DNA of 64,000 nucleotides from Nitrosopumilus sp. (GCA_965218695.1 OZ244651.1:768001-832000), one strand, 5' to 3'; counted from the stretch's first letter, positions 10,917 to 21,822 are shown. Numbers and translations are program-made. Notes: a model not told the origin generated them from the letters alone.

Positions 10917-11131
10917 TTTTGTGTCCATCTCCGATGTATTCCTGGACTGCCATTGCATGCCCTGCAGATTAACAGGTTTGTCAAGATACTATTTTGCACC
11001 ACACTTAACAATGGACATATCTGATTTTCCTGCAAGGGCGATCATCCTGTATCCATTTGAATATTATCAGCGCAAACAATTAACCTAGGAAAATAAATCA
11101 GGTATAAATACTGAATGTGCGTAATTCTAAT

Positions 11132-11272
11132 GTGGCAAGAAGAGTTACGATCATGATTCAAGATGATCTGGATAGAAAAGTACGCCAATACCAAGCCAAG
11201 ATGATACAAAGCAGCAACAAATCATACAGTTATTCCAGGGCTGTCAACGACATACTAAAGAAAAATATCTAA
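11132..11272 (+). CDS. Small thaumarchaeal ribbon-helix-helix-like protein (46 aa)
   Basis: MARRVTIMIQDDLDRKVRQYQAKMIQSSNKSYSYSRAVNDILKKNI; TATAAATA at 11103-11110; below the ORF-track cutoff. Confidence 0.75.
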   Translation: MARRVTIMIQDDLDRKVRQYQAKMIQSSNKSYSYSRAVNDILKKNI

Positions 11273-11567
11273 AATAATCCAGCATCAGATTGCGTTGTGG
11301 TGATTAAAAGACCGTGCCAGACAGATTGGTCTTCTGACGGTAAATTTGGGAATCTCGGTGCCGAGTCCGGGAAACCCACGATGCCCCGGGTGGAGACTGC
11401 GCATGTGCATGCCGCCTCAAAGGGTTGCAGAGCCTGCATGGAGTTGGGTCTGGCAAGCTCAGTTTTGCGCATGTTCCCGTGGAAGACAGAACGATGTGAC
11501 CGATTTGGTTCGGTCTTGTGTGCTGCGGATACAAACTCTTTTTTTGAGCCCGCCGTCTCGTATCTGT

Positions 11568-11825
11568 GTGGGCAGGACAATATTCATCAAGGAGATAATC
11601 GCAGTACTCAAAAAACCCGAGTTCTGTCCCAGGTGTACAAAGAGTGACAGGCTAGAGGAGGGCACCGTCCGGGAGGAGAGAACCGGTGGCAGTACCCTTT
11701 TGTGCACCAGGTGCGAGGCACTGACTGTGGTTACAAACCAGAACATCAGGCGCGTGGAGCTCTCGTCAAGCCGGGGGGACGTGATAATGCTCAAGGAGCC
11801 GCATCTCATCAGAAGGGTGGGCTAA
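11568..11825 (+). CDS. Small CxxC zinc-ribbon hypothetical protein
   Basis: MGRTIFIKEIIAVLKKPEFCPRC...LCTRCEAL; two CxxC pairs. Confidence 0.7.
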   Translation: MGRTIFIKEIIAVLKKPEFCPRCTKSDRLEEGTVREERTGGSTLLCTRCEALTVVTNQNIRRVELSSSRGDVIMLKEPHLIRRVG

Positions 11826-12382
11826 ACTTTCAGGATGCAGTAATATAGGATAATGCCCGGATGGCAGGTGCTGATGATTATCTGACAACCTGCTGATGCG
11901 TGATGAGTTTGCCGAATTATGAAGCACGGGATTTCAATTGTGTCATTGCGCCTGTCATGGATTAGTGCCAAGTCGGTTTGGCTGTATTGTGCAACCGACG
12001 GATGGTTGTATTGTGTCCAGTCAATGCGTGTTGTGGTCTGGCACTATGTTGTTGGTTGGGGTTGCCGCAGCCGTAATCATCAATCTTGCCATCCCGTACA
12101 CCCGGCGGGGATGCGTAGACGACGACGATGGTGGTGGTGGTGGTACCGTGGCATGTCCTGTATGCGGCAACCGACACCCCGGGGAGAGGGGGGCCGTGTT
12201 CCAGGTGCGGCGTGGGCGGCAGACGGGGGCCGGATGCGTCCCGCTGTGCGCGGTGGCTTGGGTTCTTCCCCACGCAGGGATGTGTTACGCACCCCGACTG
12301 CGGAGCGCACACATGGGATTTCATGCAGATGTGGTGTAAATCTGGAACAACATTTTAAAGCAAAAAACGCAGTTTGTTTGGT

Positions 12383-13117
12383 ATGGCAGAGATTACCCTT
12401 GCAGTCGCCGCGCTTGCGGGTCTGGGATCCTTTGTGGCGCCGTGCATCCTGCCCATGATTCCTGCATTTATTGCATATATCTCTGGAACCACCCTTACGG
12501 ATCTGAACCGGACCGGGGGCTCTGGAACAATCACGATAAACAGGGCAAACATCATACTAAACTCAGTCTTTTTCGTGCTTGGATTCTCAGTCGTGTTCTC
12601 GACGCTGGGCGTGCTGATCAACAGCGTCCTTTCAGGGTACACCGGGGAGGTCGTAGAGAGCCTCAACCAGGTAGGCGGCGTCATAATAGTGGGGTTTGGC
12701 TTGTTCCTGCTTTTGTCAACCAAGATCAACAAGCTCAACATGGAAAAGAAGTTCTTTCCAAAGAGATCCAAGGCAAGCTATCCGATGTCCTTTGTATTCG
12801 GGCTTGCATTTGCAGTGGGCTGGACCCCGTGCGTGGGACCCATACTGGGCACCATACTGACCCTTGCTGCAACCACTCCTTCTGTCGCATTCAACTTACT
12901 GCTGGTTTATTCGCTGGGACTTGGAATACCATTCATACTGATAGGCGTGTTCTATTCCAGGGCAAGCAGGCTGATCCGCTCAATGAGCAAGCACCTAAAG
13001 TACTACAACGTGATTCTGGGGGCATTCATAGTGCTGCTTGGAGTATTGGTGTTTACAAACCAGCTTGCATACATTGCAAACTTCCCACTTCTCAACGAGC
13101 TGTTGTTCCTAGGGTGA
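12383..13117 (+). CDS. ccdA: Cytochrome c biogenesis / thiol-disulfide transporter CcdA
   Basis: SFVAPCILPMIP and GWTPCVGPIL motifs, multiple TM helices. Confidence 0.9.
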   Translation: MAEITLAVAALAGLGSFVAPCILPMIPAFIAYISGTTLTDLNRTGGSGTITINRANIILNSVFFVLGFSVVFSTLGVLINSVLSGYTGEVVESLNQVGGVIIVGFGLFLLLSTKINKLNMEKKFFPKRSKASYPMSFVFGLAFAVGWTPCVGPILGTILTLAATTPSVAFNLLLVYSLGLGIPFILIGVFYSRASRLIRSMSKHLKYYNVILGAFIVLLGVLVFTNQLAYIANFPLLNELLFLG

Positions 13118-13121
13118 TGAT

Positions 13122-14228
13122 ATGAGACCAGAACTTAGAACCCCGTTGATACTTGGAATAGTCATTGTGGCTGGGATAGGCGCCATGAGCCTCATCTTTT
13201 CTGCCTACGACGAGTCTGCTACTGATGCAAGCCTGACCGGAGGCAGTGCCGTTTCAGTGATTGACAAGTCTGGGCTCAAGACGGCACCGGAGATAATCGG
13301 GATTGCAGAATATATCAACACGACTCCCGAGGCCCTAGCACAGGAGATGGAAGACAAGGTGGTGCTGTATGACATATGGACGTACAGCTGCATCAACTGT
13401 ATCAGGACCCTTCCGCACATTACGGCATGGGATGACAAGTATGCAGAGCAGGGACTGCTGATAGTGGGGATTCATAGTCCAGAATTTGAGTTTGAAAAGG
13501 ATCTGAACAACGTGCAGATGGCAGTGTCCAAGCACGGGATAAACTATCCGGTGGTGCTGGATAACGACAAGGAGACGTGGAAGGCATTCGAGAACCGCTA
13601 CTGGCCAAGAAAGTACATTGCAGACCACGAGGGGTTCATCAGGTATGATCACATAGGCGAGGGGGCCTACCAGGAGACTGAAAGGGTCATACAGCAGCTA
13701 CTAAGGGAGAGGTCAGCGTCGCTCGGAGTCCAGACTGCCTCGGCCACGGATCTGGTCGATGTTGACGAGTTTGAGCATACGCTGTTTCGCACTCCCGAGC
13801 TGTACTTTGGGTACCACTTTGCGCAGGGCAGGAGCCAGATTGGAAGTCCGGAGGGATTCAGTCCCGGAAATACCGTAACGTACTCTGAGCCGGATGCAGT
13901 AGACCTGCACAAGTTTTATCCCGTGGGCGACTGGACAAACCTCTCAGACAGCATGGAACTGGAATCTGAGACAGGCTCCATCAAGCTTCGGTACAACGCC
14001 AAGGAGGTAAACATTGTCACTGAGAGCAGTGCAGAACTCGAGATATTTCTGGACGGCAAGCCAATCCCGCCAGAGCTTGCAGGGGCAGACATCACATCTG
14101 GGAATATCCTGAATGTGAACGAGCCGGACCTGTACAATATCGTGACCGGCGAGTCAAGTTCGGAGCACCTCTTGGACATCCGGATCCGCGGCCAAGGATT
14201 CCAGATATTTACGTTCACGTTTGGATGA
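13122..14228 (+). CDS. Membrane-anchored redoxin (DipZ-like thioredoxin plus C-terminal domain)
   Basis: WTYSCINC, GIHSPEFEFE, NRYWP, GEGAY, TPELYFG; follows ccdA (split DipZ arrangement). Confidence 0.88.
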   Translation: MRPELRTPLILGIVIVAGIGAMSLIFSAYDESATDASLTGGSAVSVIDKSGLKTAPEIIGIAEYINTTPEALAQEMEDKVVLYDIWTYSCINCIRTLPHITAWDDKYAEQGLLIVGIHSPEFEFEKDLNNVQMAVSKHGINYPVVLDNDKETWKAFENRYWPRKYIADHEGFIRYDHIGEGAYQETERVIQQLLRERSASLGVQTASATDLVDVDEFEHTLFRTPELYFGYHFAQGRSQIGSPEGFSPGNTVTYSEPDAVDLHKFYPVGDWTNLSDSMELESETGSIKLRYNAKEVNIVTESSAELEIFLDGKPIPPELAGADITSGNILNVNEPDLYNIVTGESSSEHLLDIRIRGQGFQIFTFTFG

Positions 14229-14462
14229 TGATGATGATGATGATGACGTGTACGGGATGGCATCCTTGCCGTCTTGCGCTATGGTTGCAGCAGGTATTGT
14301 GGCCGGGGTGCATCCAGACTGCAGCGCGGGGCGCGGGACTTTTGGCCGTATGCGCGCCTGCCTGCGGGGCGTAACTGCACCCTACCGTAACTGCAGTTAC
14401 ACGATGCACGGTAACACATCGGTTTAAAGCAAACATTTCAAGCTAACCTGAGGAAACCAAGA

Positions 14463-15119
14463 TTGTTAAGCAATTCCTGGAACAGGACAGAAAGAGAGAG
14501 CATCTCCCAGAAAATGATGGGCAGGGTAAAACCTGAGGAACCATTAAAGAACAAGATAGATGTCGCGCAGAAAAAGCTGCAATTCCAGATCTCCAAGCTT
14601 GAGAAGATCGGTGAAAAGTTGCAAATGAAACATGATGTGATCTTCGAAAAGATCGTCCAAGCGCAGAAAAGCAACAGAAACCGGTATGCTCATGCTTATG
14701 CAGGAGAGCTGGCGCAGATACGCAAGATGAAGAACATGATCGGCGGCGCAAAATTGTCCATGGAGCAGATCAAGCTCAGACTGGATACTGTTTCGGAGTT
14801 GGGCGACGTAGTAGTAACTCTCAGCCCATGCATGTCGATCATCAAGGGCCTCAGTCCGTCGTTGAGCGGGATTATGCCAGACGCAAATGCATCCATGCAG
14901 GGTCTGTCCCAGATTCTCGGCGATGTGATGGCTGGCTCCTCGATGAATCTCGGAAGTGACATAAGTGTGGATACTGGGGGCAACGCAGATACGCTTGCAA
15001 TCTTGGAAGAGGCACATGACGTGATTGCAGGTCAGACAAAGTCTGCAATTCCCGATGTCCCCGACAGCCTCAAAGAGCAGCGTGTTGACAGGACGCGCGG
15101 CTCGGTACAAGAGGCCTGA
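14463..15119 (+). CDS. cdvB: ESCRT-III/Snf7-family cell division protein, CdvB paralogue
   Basis: Helical protein with KLSMEQIKLRLDTVSELGDVVVTLSP and ILEEA motifs typical of thaumarchaeal CdvB; exact paralogue not assigned. Confidence 0.85.
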   Translation: MLSNSWNRTERESISQKMMGRVKPEEPLKNKIDVAQKKLQFQISKLEKIGEKLQMKHDVIFEKIVQAQKSNRNRYAHAYAGELAQIRKMKNMIGGAKLSMEQIKLRLDTVSELGDVVVTLSPCMSIIKGLSPSLSGIMPDANASMQGLSQILGDVMAGSSMNLGSDISVDTGGNADTLAILEEAHDVIAGQTKSAIPDVPDSLKEQRVDRTRGSVQEA

Positions 15120-15122
15120 ATG

Positions 15123-15500
15123 TCAGGGAGGCGGTGGATCCCCGCTTCTCTGGATCAGGGCTTTTTTTATTCTAAATATGGTGGGATAGCTGTATCCGCG
15201 TCTGCGATAGTTTGCAATCATGATCTTCCAGTTCTTCAGCCTCCATCGGGCCTGCTCGGCAGTGACTGAGTGGACCTCCTTTTGGATTATGCTCTTCCGT
15301 CCCACCTTTAGGGTCCCTGCATCTTTTGCAGACCACCTGTTTCTTGCAAACTTGAGTCCTGCCAGGATCTCGTCTATTGGCATCTCCCCAAAGTATCTTT
15401 GCAGATCCCTCACCTGGGAGTCCGTGGGCTTTTCGGCTACCGGAAGCCGTATGGTGTCCTTCACAGGATTATCTGAGTCATGCCTACTTAATAGAATCAC
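15123..15500 (-). CDS. Hypothetical protein
   Basis: 3' part of ORF 15123-15947 reads as a plausible protein (LKFARNRWSAKDAGTLKVGRKS...GYSYPTI); start uncertain. Confidence 0.65.
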   Translation of the reverse strand: MILLSRHDSDNPVKDTIRLPVAEKPTDSQVRDLQRYFGEMPIDEILAGLKFARNRWSAKDAGTLKVGRKSIIQKEVHSVTAEQARWRLKNWKIMIANYRRRGYSYPTIFRIKKALIQRSGDPPPP

Positions 15501-15695
15501 GTTCCCCTGTGTGGTGTCCTGATGGGATGCCTCCTGGTGTGGCTGTACCCGAATGCCAGAGTGTGGGCCGTCCGGGCCCATGCCGGTGGTGTGTGAATGC
15601 AGATTCCTCCAGGAACAGGGCTTACAGAGACTCAGATTCGCATCCAGGCAGATGGGACATGCGACAATTTTATAGGGTTCTGTGAAATTCATTGC

Positions 15696-15815
15696 ATGGG
15701 TCGGCTTACCAAACTTCTTGTGTTGGTTCCCCTGACTGCCTTTGGGGTTGTGATACTGGGGCTTGGGATGTATCTGACACTGTGCAAAAACTCCAACATC
15801 CCGTTTGACTGCTGA
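15696..15815 (+). CDS. Small single-TM protein (39 aa)
   Basis: MGRLTKLLVLVPLTAFGVVILGLGMYLTLCKNSNIPFDC; TTTTATA about 25 bp upstream. Confidence 0.5.
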   Translation: MGRLTKLLVLVPLTAFGVVILGLGMYLTLCKNSNIPFDC

Positions 15816-15947
15816 TGTCAGCCCGCAGACAGACAGTTGGGTACTGCCATATGGCCGCATGGCCAAAAACGCGCGGTCTGGCCACATCAGCGTGTCCGGA
15901 TGCAGGCATGTGGCGGATTCCCCCCACCCACCCATCCACCCACCCAC

Positions 15948-16376
15948 TTAATCTGCAGCGTCCTGAACGGTGACGGTAAATGTCCCCCGGACGTTCGGGT
16001 TCTGCAGGTTTCGTATCATCTTCCTTGGAATGGCATCTGACGCCTCGTCACAGCGTATGGCAAGCGTCCTTGGACACGTGAAACTGCTGGTCCTGATCAC
16101 AATGTCATGCTCGTCAGACAGTTCAAGGTCGGGATGTCCATGCCCGTTCACGACAAACTCCGAGTCCCCGACCCGGATGGAGACGGCAACGCGCGCGCCA
16201 GTACTTCTGAGCATGGCCTTCATCTCACCAGGCAGGCCGGCGCATCCCGATGCGGCCCCGACCCCGACGATGCAGTCGCCCTGCAGGGTCAGGTGCGGCT
16301 CCCGTGTAATCTCAATGGTCCTGCCGTGCAGTGATCTGATGTTTGGGTGCCCAAAGAACGGTATCTCAAAGTGCAT
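15948..16376 (-). CDS. DUF371-family protein
   Basis: GHPNIRSLHGRTIEIT...LTLQGDCIVGV, DIVIRTSSF motifs. Confidence 0.85.
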   Translation of the reverse strand: MHFEIPFFGHPNIRSLHGRTIEITREPHLTLQGDCIVGVGAASGCAGLPGEMKAMLRSTGARVAVSIRVGDSEFVVNGHGHPDLELSDEHDIVIRTSSFTCPRTLAIRCDEASDAIPRKMIRNLQNPNVRGTFTVTVQDAAD

Positions 16377-16525
16377 GTAAGTCAAACCGGCCAGACTTAA
16401 ATTAAACTAACAGTGGGGGATTTTGCCATTCGGTAACCATGTTTGATGTTTGGCGGCGCCTCTTCTAGGCATTTGCGCGGATTGTTACGTGAATGGGCCG
16501 CCTGCAGGCCGCAGACAATCCCGGG

Positions 16526-18448
16526 TTACCCTAGTGAATGGCGTGATCTTGCGTACTCGCGGATCTTGAATCCTGCCAAGGCAGGTGCTGCCACATACAT
16601 TCCCAGGTTGAGCGCGATGACTGCCGCGCCGAGTCCCAAAACCCCCGCTTCGGAGCCCTCGTCTGCGAGTGTCATGACAGACAGCGTGACCAGCATCGGC
16701 GTGATGAATGCCCTGACGGCCTCGCGGAACATCTGGTTTTCCCGTTCTGCGTCTGCTATTACAGGTGAAAACGAGTAGTATATCTGGTTGAATCCTGACA
16801 TGAATGATGCTCCTGCAGCGGTGCTCATTACCGTGCCGTCGCGGATCTCCCTTAGCATCTGGACTTGCGGCGCAAGCTCGCTGCCGTATGCTGCAGTTGC
16901 AATGAGGCATCCGCCGCCGTCGCCGTCATCACCGCCGCCACCGGCATCTGTGATGCATATGCCATCTTGCATGACGGTTCCGGGATCACACTCCTGTTCG
17001 GCTTCGGTGTCCGGAGCCACTGCCACAGGCACCAGGCCCAAATCCGAAACGTACGTTCCTATGCGCTCCCATCCCGTGGATTTTATTCCCCACACGGCAT
17101 AGCTGGTCTCAGCAGAGTCGCCTGCGTCGTTTAGCATTATGTTGCCCAACGCGCCGTCATATCCTGAGACTGCCAACGGGATCTGCCTTTTAATCTCCTC
17201 AAAGCCCCCGTCCCCGGCAGCCTCTATTGCAAGGCCAAGTGTCCATATTGAGTCATAGGAGGCGTACGTGTAGACGTTTGGGGTGCTGCCTGCAACCCTC
17301 GGATCTGCAGACAGGCGCGCGTTTAGCTGCTGGTATCTCTGGCTTGTCAGGTCTTCTGCAAATATGCACGAGGTAAAGTTGACATCCTGCATGAACTGAA
17401 ATATCGCCGGATCATCCACAAGGGAACTGCTCAGTATGTTGGCATCGGATCCTACCCAATTCACGGTGTGCAGCACCGGATGGGCAGCCGCCCTCTGCAT
17501 AAAGTCAGCAGTCTCAGCAGCTCCAATGTACAGTACTGCCACCTCCTCGCTGCCGTGGCTGTCCACGTACATCTGCACCTTCTCGCGCAGTTGCTCTGTC
17601 AGGGCATCAAAGGCAGCGTCGTGACAGTTATCCTCATCACACAACGGATAGCTTCCCAGATCATCCACCGTGCCTCCAAGTTCCTCAAACTTTGCCGCCG
17701 TACTGTCATGAAGTCCGTTGCCGAACGGTCCGTCCCTCCAGACAGAGATCAGCACCGTCTTCCCGTTATCCCACAACAGGTTGGAGATTACCGGTCCGTG
17801 AAGGGCGTCGTCGGGAGCCATGCGGAACACGTTGTCGCCCTCAAATGCAAGCGAGGGGGCAGTAGAGCAGCAGCTGACAACCAGCATGTCGTTGGCATCG
17901 ACATAGTCTTTTATCATGCTGACCTTGGAGCTTGCAGAGGGTCCGGATATGAACCGGATGCCCTCACCATGAAGCGACTTTGCCAAATCCAACGGGTCTG
18001 CCGAAGGCGCAGCAGTGTCTCTGATATCCACGTCCAGCCTCCATGATGCGCCGCTTGCCTCAAGATACCTGTTAAAGTCTTCGATGGCAAGCTCTGTGGC
18101 GACCTGCCTGTGGATGCCTGCCCCGTCGGGCCTGCTCACGGGTACAAGCGCCCCTATGGTGATGATCTCGGTCTGCTTTCCGTTTATCATCTCGGATGTG
18201 GCGTCGTGCTTGTCGTCGTCCAGATCATCTGCCACGCCAGGTTCTGTATCTCCTGCCGCATCAGCATAGGGTACGGGGTCATGGTGGATATCAAGAGTGC
18301 CTCTTTGCAGTTCATCCGGCGGGATTCCATCAGGTGGGTGCCGGTCAAAGGTCATGGCATCGACGTTCGTGTCCTGGCCTGCAAAATAGTAACCGACGCC
18401 AAAAAGGACGGCCACAGACATCATGACAAAAAGGACGTTTAATTTCAT
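16526..18448 (-). CDS. Type I periplasmic-binding (Leu/Ile/Val-like) protein with CFI-box-CTERM anchor
   Basis: Signal peptide, SCCSTAPSL, FRMAPDD, GALGNIMLNDAGD, GGCLIATAAYGSELAPQVQ plus TM helix. Confidence 0.88.
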   Translation of the reverse strand: MKLNVLFVMMSVAVLFGVGYYFAGQDTNVDAMTFDRHPPDGIPPDELQRGTLDIHHDPVPYADAAGDTEPGVADDLDDDKHDATSEMINGKQTEIITIGALVPVSRPDGAGIHRQVATELAIEDFNRYLEASGASWRLDVDIRDTAAPSADPLDLAKSLHGEGIRFISGPSASSKVSMIKDYVDANDMLVVSCCSTAPSLAFEGDNVFRMAPDDALHGPVISNLLWDNGKTVLISVWRDGPFGNGLHDSTAAKFEELGGTVDDLGSYPLCDEDNCHDAAFDALTEQLREKVQMYVDSHGSEEVAVLYIGAAETADFMQRAAAHPVLHTVNWVGSDANILSSSLVDDPAIFQFMQDVNFTSCIFAEDLTSQRYQQLNARLSADPRVAGSTPNVYTYASYDSIWTLGLAIEAAGDGGFEEIKRQIPLAVSGYDGALGNIMLNDAGDSAETSYAVWGIKSTGWERIGTYVSDLGLVPVAVAPDTEAEQECDPGTVMQDGICITDAGGGGDDGDGGGCLIATAAYGSELAPQVQMLREIRDGTVMSTAAGASFMSGFNQIYYSFSPVIADAERENQMFREAVRAFITPMLVTLSVMTLADEGSEAGVLGLGAAVIALNLGMYVAAPALAGFKIREYARSRHSLG

Positions 18449-18541
18449 GCAGATTCTTAAGCATAGTGTAAGAATAAGGCGTTGTCCACACCTTCGTCAA
18501 AAAACCGTCGATAAGCTTAAAGATCATCAGCGTCAGGCATC

Positions 18542-19897
18542 AACTTTGTTTCCTAATTATTCCCAACCACGCCCAACATGTCCAGAATTAGGCCAGATCA
18601 GCTGAATTTGAACATAATATCAAACATTTTCAATAGAAAACTGCATTGATCAGAGAGGTGTGCAGACAGTCAGGTTACAGCCATGACTGAAAACACATCC
18701 TCTCCAGACAAAACGGGCACGCATGAGGCTAAAAAATCTTTCAAATCCGGAAAACGCCGGTTCCAATACGATGACCGCAGGTACATAGACCGCGGCCAGC
18801 TGTGGACGCTCCAGATAAGCCCGGAGATCCTGACTCAGGGAGTCGAGAAGCTAAACTGCGGGAAGGTCGGCCGCCCGTACGTATTTTCAAACGCGTGCTT
18901 TGCAGCAGCATCCCTGTTCAGAAACGCCACCGGCATAAGGTACAGGCAGCTCCAGGGCGTGGCAGAGACGATAGTCGGCAGGGAAGACGCGCCCACGTAT
19001 TCGGTGTTCCAGAAGAGGATGACCAGGTTGGGCTGCACTGTTGCAGATAATGATGATGGCAGCGGCACGGCTTCTGCGTGGTTCTCAGACGGCAACACCA
19101 GAGCAGAGATCAAGCTGTTTGCCTTCGACTCCACTGGACTCAAGCCCACAAACCGCGGCGACTGGATGACAAAAAAGTGGGGGACCAGGCGGGGCTTCAT
19201 AAAGCTGCACGTCGGGGTGGATGCCAAAACCAAAAAGATCTACGCCGTGGCCATAACCGACGACAAGTGCGGGGACTCTCCGCAGTTTGAGGAACTGGTG
19301 GGGCAGGCCCTTGCAAATGCAAAAAAATCCCCAAACGTAGAGACTTCTGCAAGCACCAAGACGGCAGCCGACGGCGCGTACGACACCAAGAAGATCCGCA
19401 GGTACTGCGACGAACAGGGAATCGAGCCGCTGATTCCCGTCCGCATTGACTTTGCCGGAAAGGCAGACGGGTGCATGCCCCGCAAGGAGGCAGGATTCAG
19501 GCAGCTGGGTGGCATGGACTGCATGGACAAGACGGCAGGACTCAAGTTTGCAGGCCTCACGCGCGAACAAAAGAGGGAATTCCAGAAGGCGTGGCGCAGG
19601 GAGTCCGGGTACAACGACCGGTGGTCAGTCGAGATTGTATTTTCCACGTTCAAGCGGGTGTTGGGCGAGTGCATAAGCGCGCGCAAGTGGGAGAACGTCA
19701 AGGCCGAGATATACGGAAAAGTGCAGCTGTACAACCAGATGATCGATACTGCGATCGACGGCGGGTACGGCACGCCAAGGATCGTGCAAGTCTACAAGCC
19801 CGGTCCAAAAACTGCAAGGGATGAGGGGGCAAGACGATGACATAGACAGAATTGCACAGACTGGTATCTGTGTCGAGAGTAATTAGGAAACAAAGTT
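18542..19897 (+). mobile_element. IS5-family element, isoform 1
   Basis: 18-bp TIR AACTTTGTTTCCTAATTA; 9-bp TSD TCAGGCATC. Confidence 0.93.
18683..19840 (+). CDS. IS5-family transposase
   Basis: FDSTG, RRGFIKLH, ADGAYD, RWSVEIVFSTFKR. Confidence 0.9.
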   Translation: MTENTSSPDKTGTHEAKKSFKSGKRRFQYDDRRYIDRGQLWTLQISPEILTQGVEKLNCGKVGRPYVFSNACFAAASLFRNATGIRYRQLQGVAETIVGREDAPTYSVFQKRMTRLGCTVADNDDGSGTASAWFSDGNTRAEIKLFAFDSTGLKPTNRGDWMTKKWGTRRGFIKLHVGVDAKTKKIYAVAITDDKCGDSPQFEELVGQALANAKKSPNVETSASTKTAADGAYDTKKIRRYCDEQGIEPLIPVRIDFAGKADGCMPRKEAGFRQLGGMDCMDKTAGLKFAGLTREQKREFQKAWRRESGYNDRWSVEIVFSTFKRVLGECISARKWENVKAEIYGKVQLYNQMIDTAIDGGYGTPRIVQVYKPGPKTARDEGARR

Positions 19898-20609
19898 TCA
19901 GGCATCAGAAAAGTTTTGGATCACCGATCCCGTCCACAATTAATGAATTCCAACAGGAAAAAGAGGAAGGCAAAGAACAGAGACAAGAAAAACAGAGACA
20001 AGAAAAACAAGAAGAAATGGGTACGGCCGAAAGGCTACAGCAAGGAATACGAGATACGAAGGAGTGGAGAGGGGGTACGCGTTCACCTCCCCCCTCCATT
20101 TGGTGCGACACTGTTGAGCCTTTTGGCACATATGACAATTGGATGGGTCAGAATTTACAAACAAAATTAGATTTTTTAGATTAGGTGATTAAAACGGCTG
20201 CACGTGAGATGTGAATTACCATGACCCACACGCACGTGCGCCAATATACACACGCAGAATCCGTATTTAAGAATGCAAACTGCACGGCGTCGCGGCGGAT
20301 GCAGGTGCAGTCCTGAATGGTTGTCCCGAAATCCGAAAGGATCATACTGCAGGCAGAGCTGCGCCGCGTGTGGGGAATCGTGGAGATCCTGCTGGGCCTG
20401 GTCGCAGCCTCTCTGGGAACCACCGGAAAGACGCTGGCTGTCGTTATCGAGGAGACGGCGCACCAGGCAGAGGAGATCCGGACCCTGAAGGCAGAGAAGA
20501 AGCAGCTGGCCCGGGAACTTTCAGTCCACGAGAGTTGGAACCATTCATCCAGGGGCGCCGTGCTGTTTACCCGGAAGCGAAGAGCCTTCAAAAGTGATCC
20601 GCAGGTAAG

Positions 20610-21822
20610 GGGTGTGTCCTAGTAATAAAAAATGCCATCCCATGTACCAGAATGCCAAAGACACGATTGGTGCCAGAACCCGTCGACGCCAACAGTGCCG
20701 CACCATCGATCCTCCACAACCCATAAAATCCCCCAAATCCAAGACACTGTGCGGAGGCTCCGCTAGGAGGCGCGTGTCAAGACGCGCCGGTTACGCTGCA
20801 AGTGTCGCGATTTGATCCTGTGTGAGCCTGCCGTCTTTTGCCTGCAATCTGGCCACGAGCTCGATGTTGTAGCACATGACACGGATCGCAGTCTCCCTTG
20901 TCCGGTTCTCGTGTTTTCGGCACCTGGTGCTGTCCCCGTACATCTTCTTGAGGGCGGCAAAGACTGCCTCGATGATGCTGCGCTGGTGGTATTCCGAGTC
21001 AAACCTGTCCTTGTCATCCATGTACAGGCTTACCATCTCGCGCCACGACTGGCTTCCCCTGGCGTTGCGTATGGTGTTGGATTTTGGCTTGATGCGGGGT
21101 ACCATTCCCATCGCAGATATCATGTTGCACATTAGCCTTGCCAGATATGCAGAATCCAGGCAAAAGTCGCCGGTGCCCCGGCCTAACCTGCCGAGCATCG
21201 CGTACAGCCCGTTTATGTCTGCCACTGCGCTGTCAGTTGCCATGCAGTCGATTATCACCCTGGTGCGTATGTCCACGATTGCGTGCAGCTTGACCCATCC
21301 CTTTCTGGTACGAAAACTGTCGGTCCTGACGTCAAACCACCTGACAAACCGCAGGTACGAGTACCCGGTACCGTCTGCTGCCAGGGAGCCTGCCTCCACC
21401 TCCCTGATGGCAATCCGGTGTGCCTCTGCCAGGTACCATTCCGGGATCAGGCCGTAGGCGCGTGCTATCGTGCTCTTGGAGGGAATTTTCTCTAGGCCCA
21501 TCTTGGCTGCCATGGCGCTATTGTTTCGGAGGATGCCGACCATCTTACGGTAGGTCGTGCGCTGTGCCTCAAGCATGATGCAGACAGCTGCCATGGCGCC
21601 AGGCGGGTATGCCGTCATGCCGCCCAGGCCGGGCCTGACGGCGTACGGATCCCCAAGATTCTTGATTATTCCCAGCACGGTATTCAGCATGAGGCCCGAC
21701 AGGTACTGCTGAACCAAATCGTACTGTCGTTGGTCGCGTTTCTTTGTAGTCATTAGGCGATGCCGTGATCCGCCGATCCATATCTTTTGTCATCCGGGGG
21801 TATATGCCTCTAGGACACACCC
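20610..21822 (-). mobile_element. IS5-family element
   Basis: 13-bp TIR GGGTGTGTCCTAG; 9-bp TSD GCAGGTAAG. Confidence 0.92.
20791..21753 (-). CDS. IS5-family transposase
   Basis: ADGTG, WVKLH, LDSAY, YHQRSIIEAVFAALK. Confidence 0.9.
   Translation of the reverse strand: MTTKKRDQRQYDLVQQYLSGLMLNTVLGIIKNLGDPYAVRPGLGGMTAYPPGAMAAVCIMLEAQRTTYRKMVGILRNNSAMAAKMGLEKIPSKSTIARAYGLIPEWYLAEAHRIAIREVEAGSLAADGTGYSYLRFVRWFDVRTDSFRTRKGWVKLHAIVDIRTRVIIDCMATDSAVADINGLYAMLGRLGRGTGDFCLDSAYLARLMCNMISAMGMVPRIKPKSNTIRNARGSQSWREMVSLYMDDKDRFDSEYHQRSIIEAVFAALKKMYGDSTRCRKHENRTRETAIRVMCYNIELVARLQAKDGRLTQDQIATLAA

Larger units (their letters stand above)
18478..20074 (+). mobile_element. 5' remnant of an IS5 related to element 885-2103 (host of nested insertions)
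   Basis: IR-like GGCGTTGTCCACA at 18478 and AAGCTTAAAGATC shared with the left end of 885-2103; N-terminus KKKWVRPKGYSKEYEIRRSGEG (about 19943-20074) resembles KKWERPAGYYKEYETRRRGEG. Confidence 0.75.

Noticed and set aside
11919-12358. Overlapping ORFs upstream of ccdA
   Set aside because: No recognisable family; low-complexity composition driven by triplet repeats
14224-14247. (GAT)n run giving seven tandem TGA stops, and poly-His/poly-Asp ORFs
   Set aside because: Simple microsatellite; the overlapping ORFs are shadows
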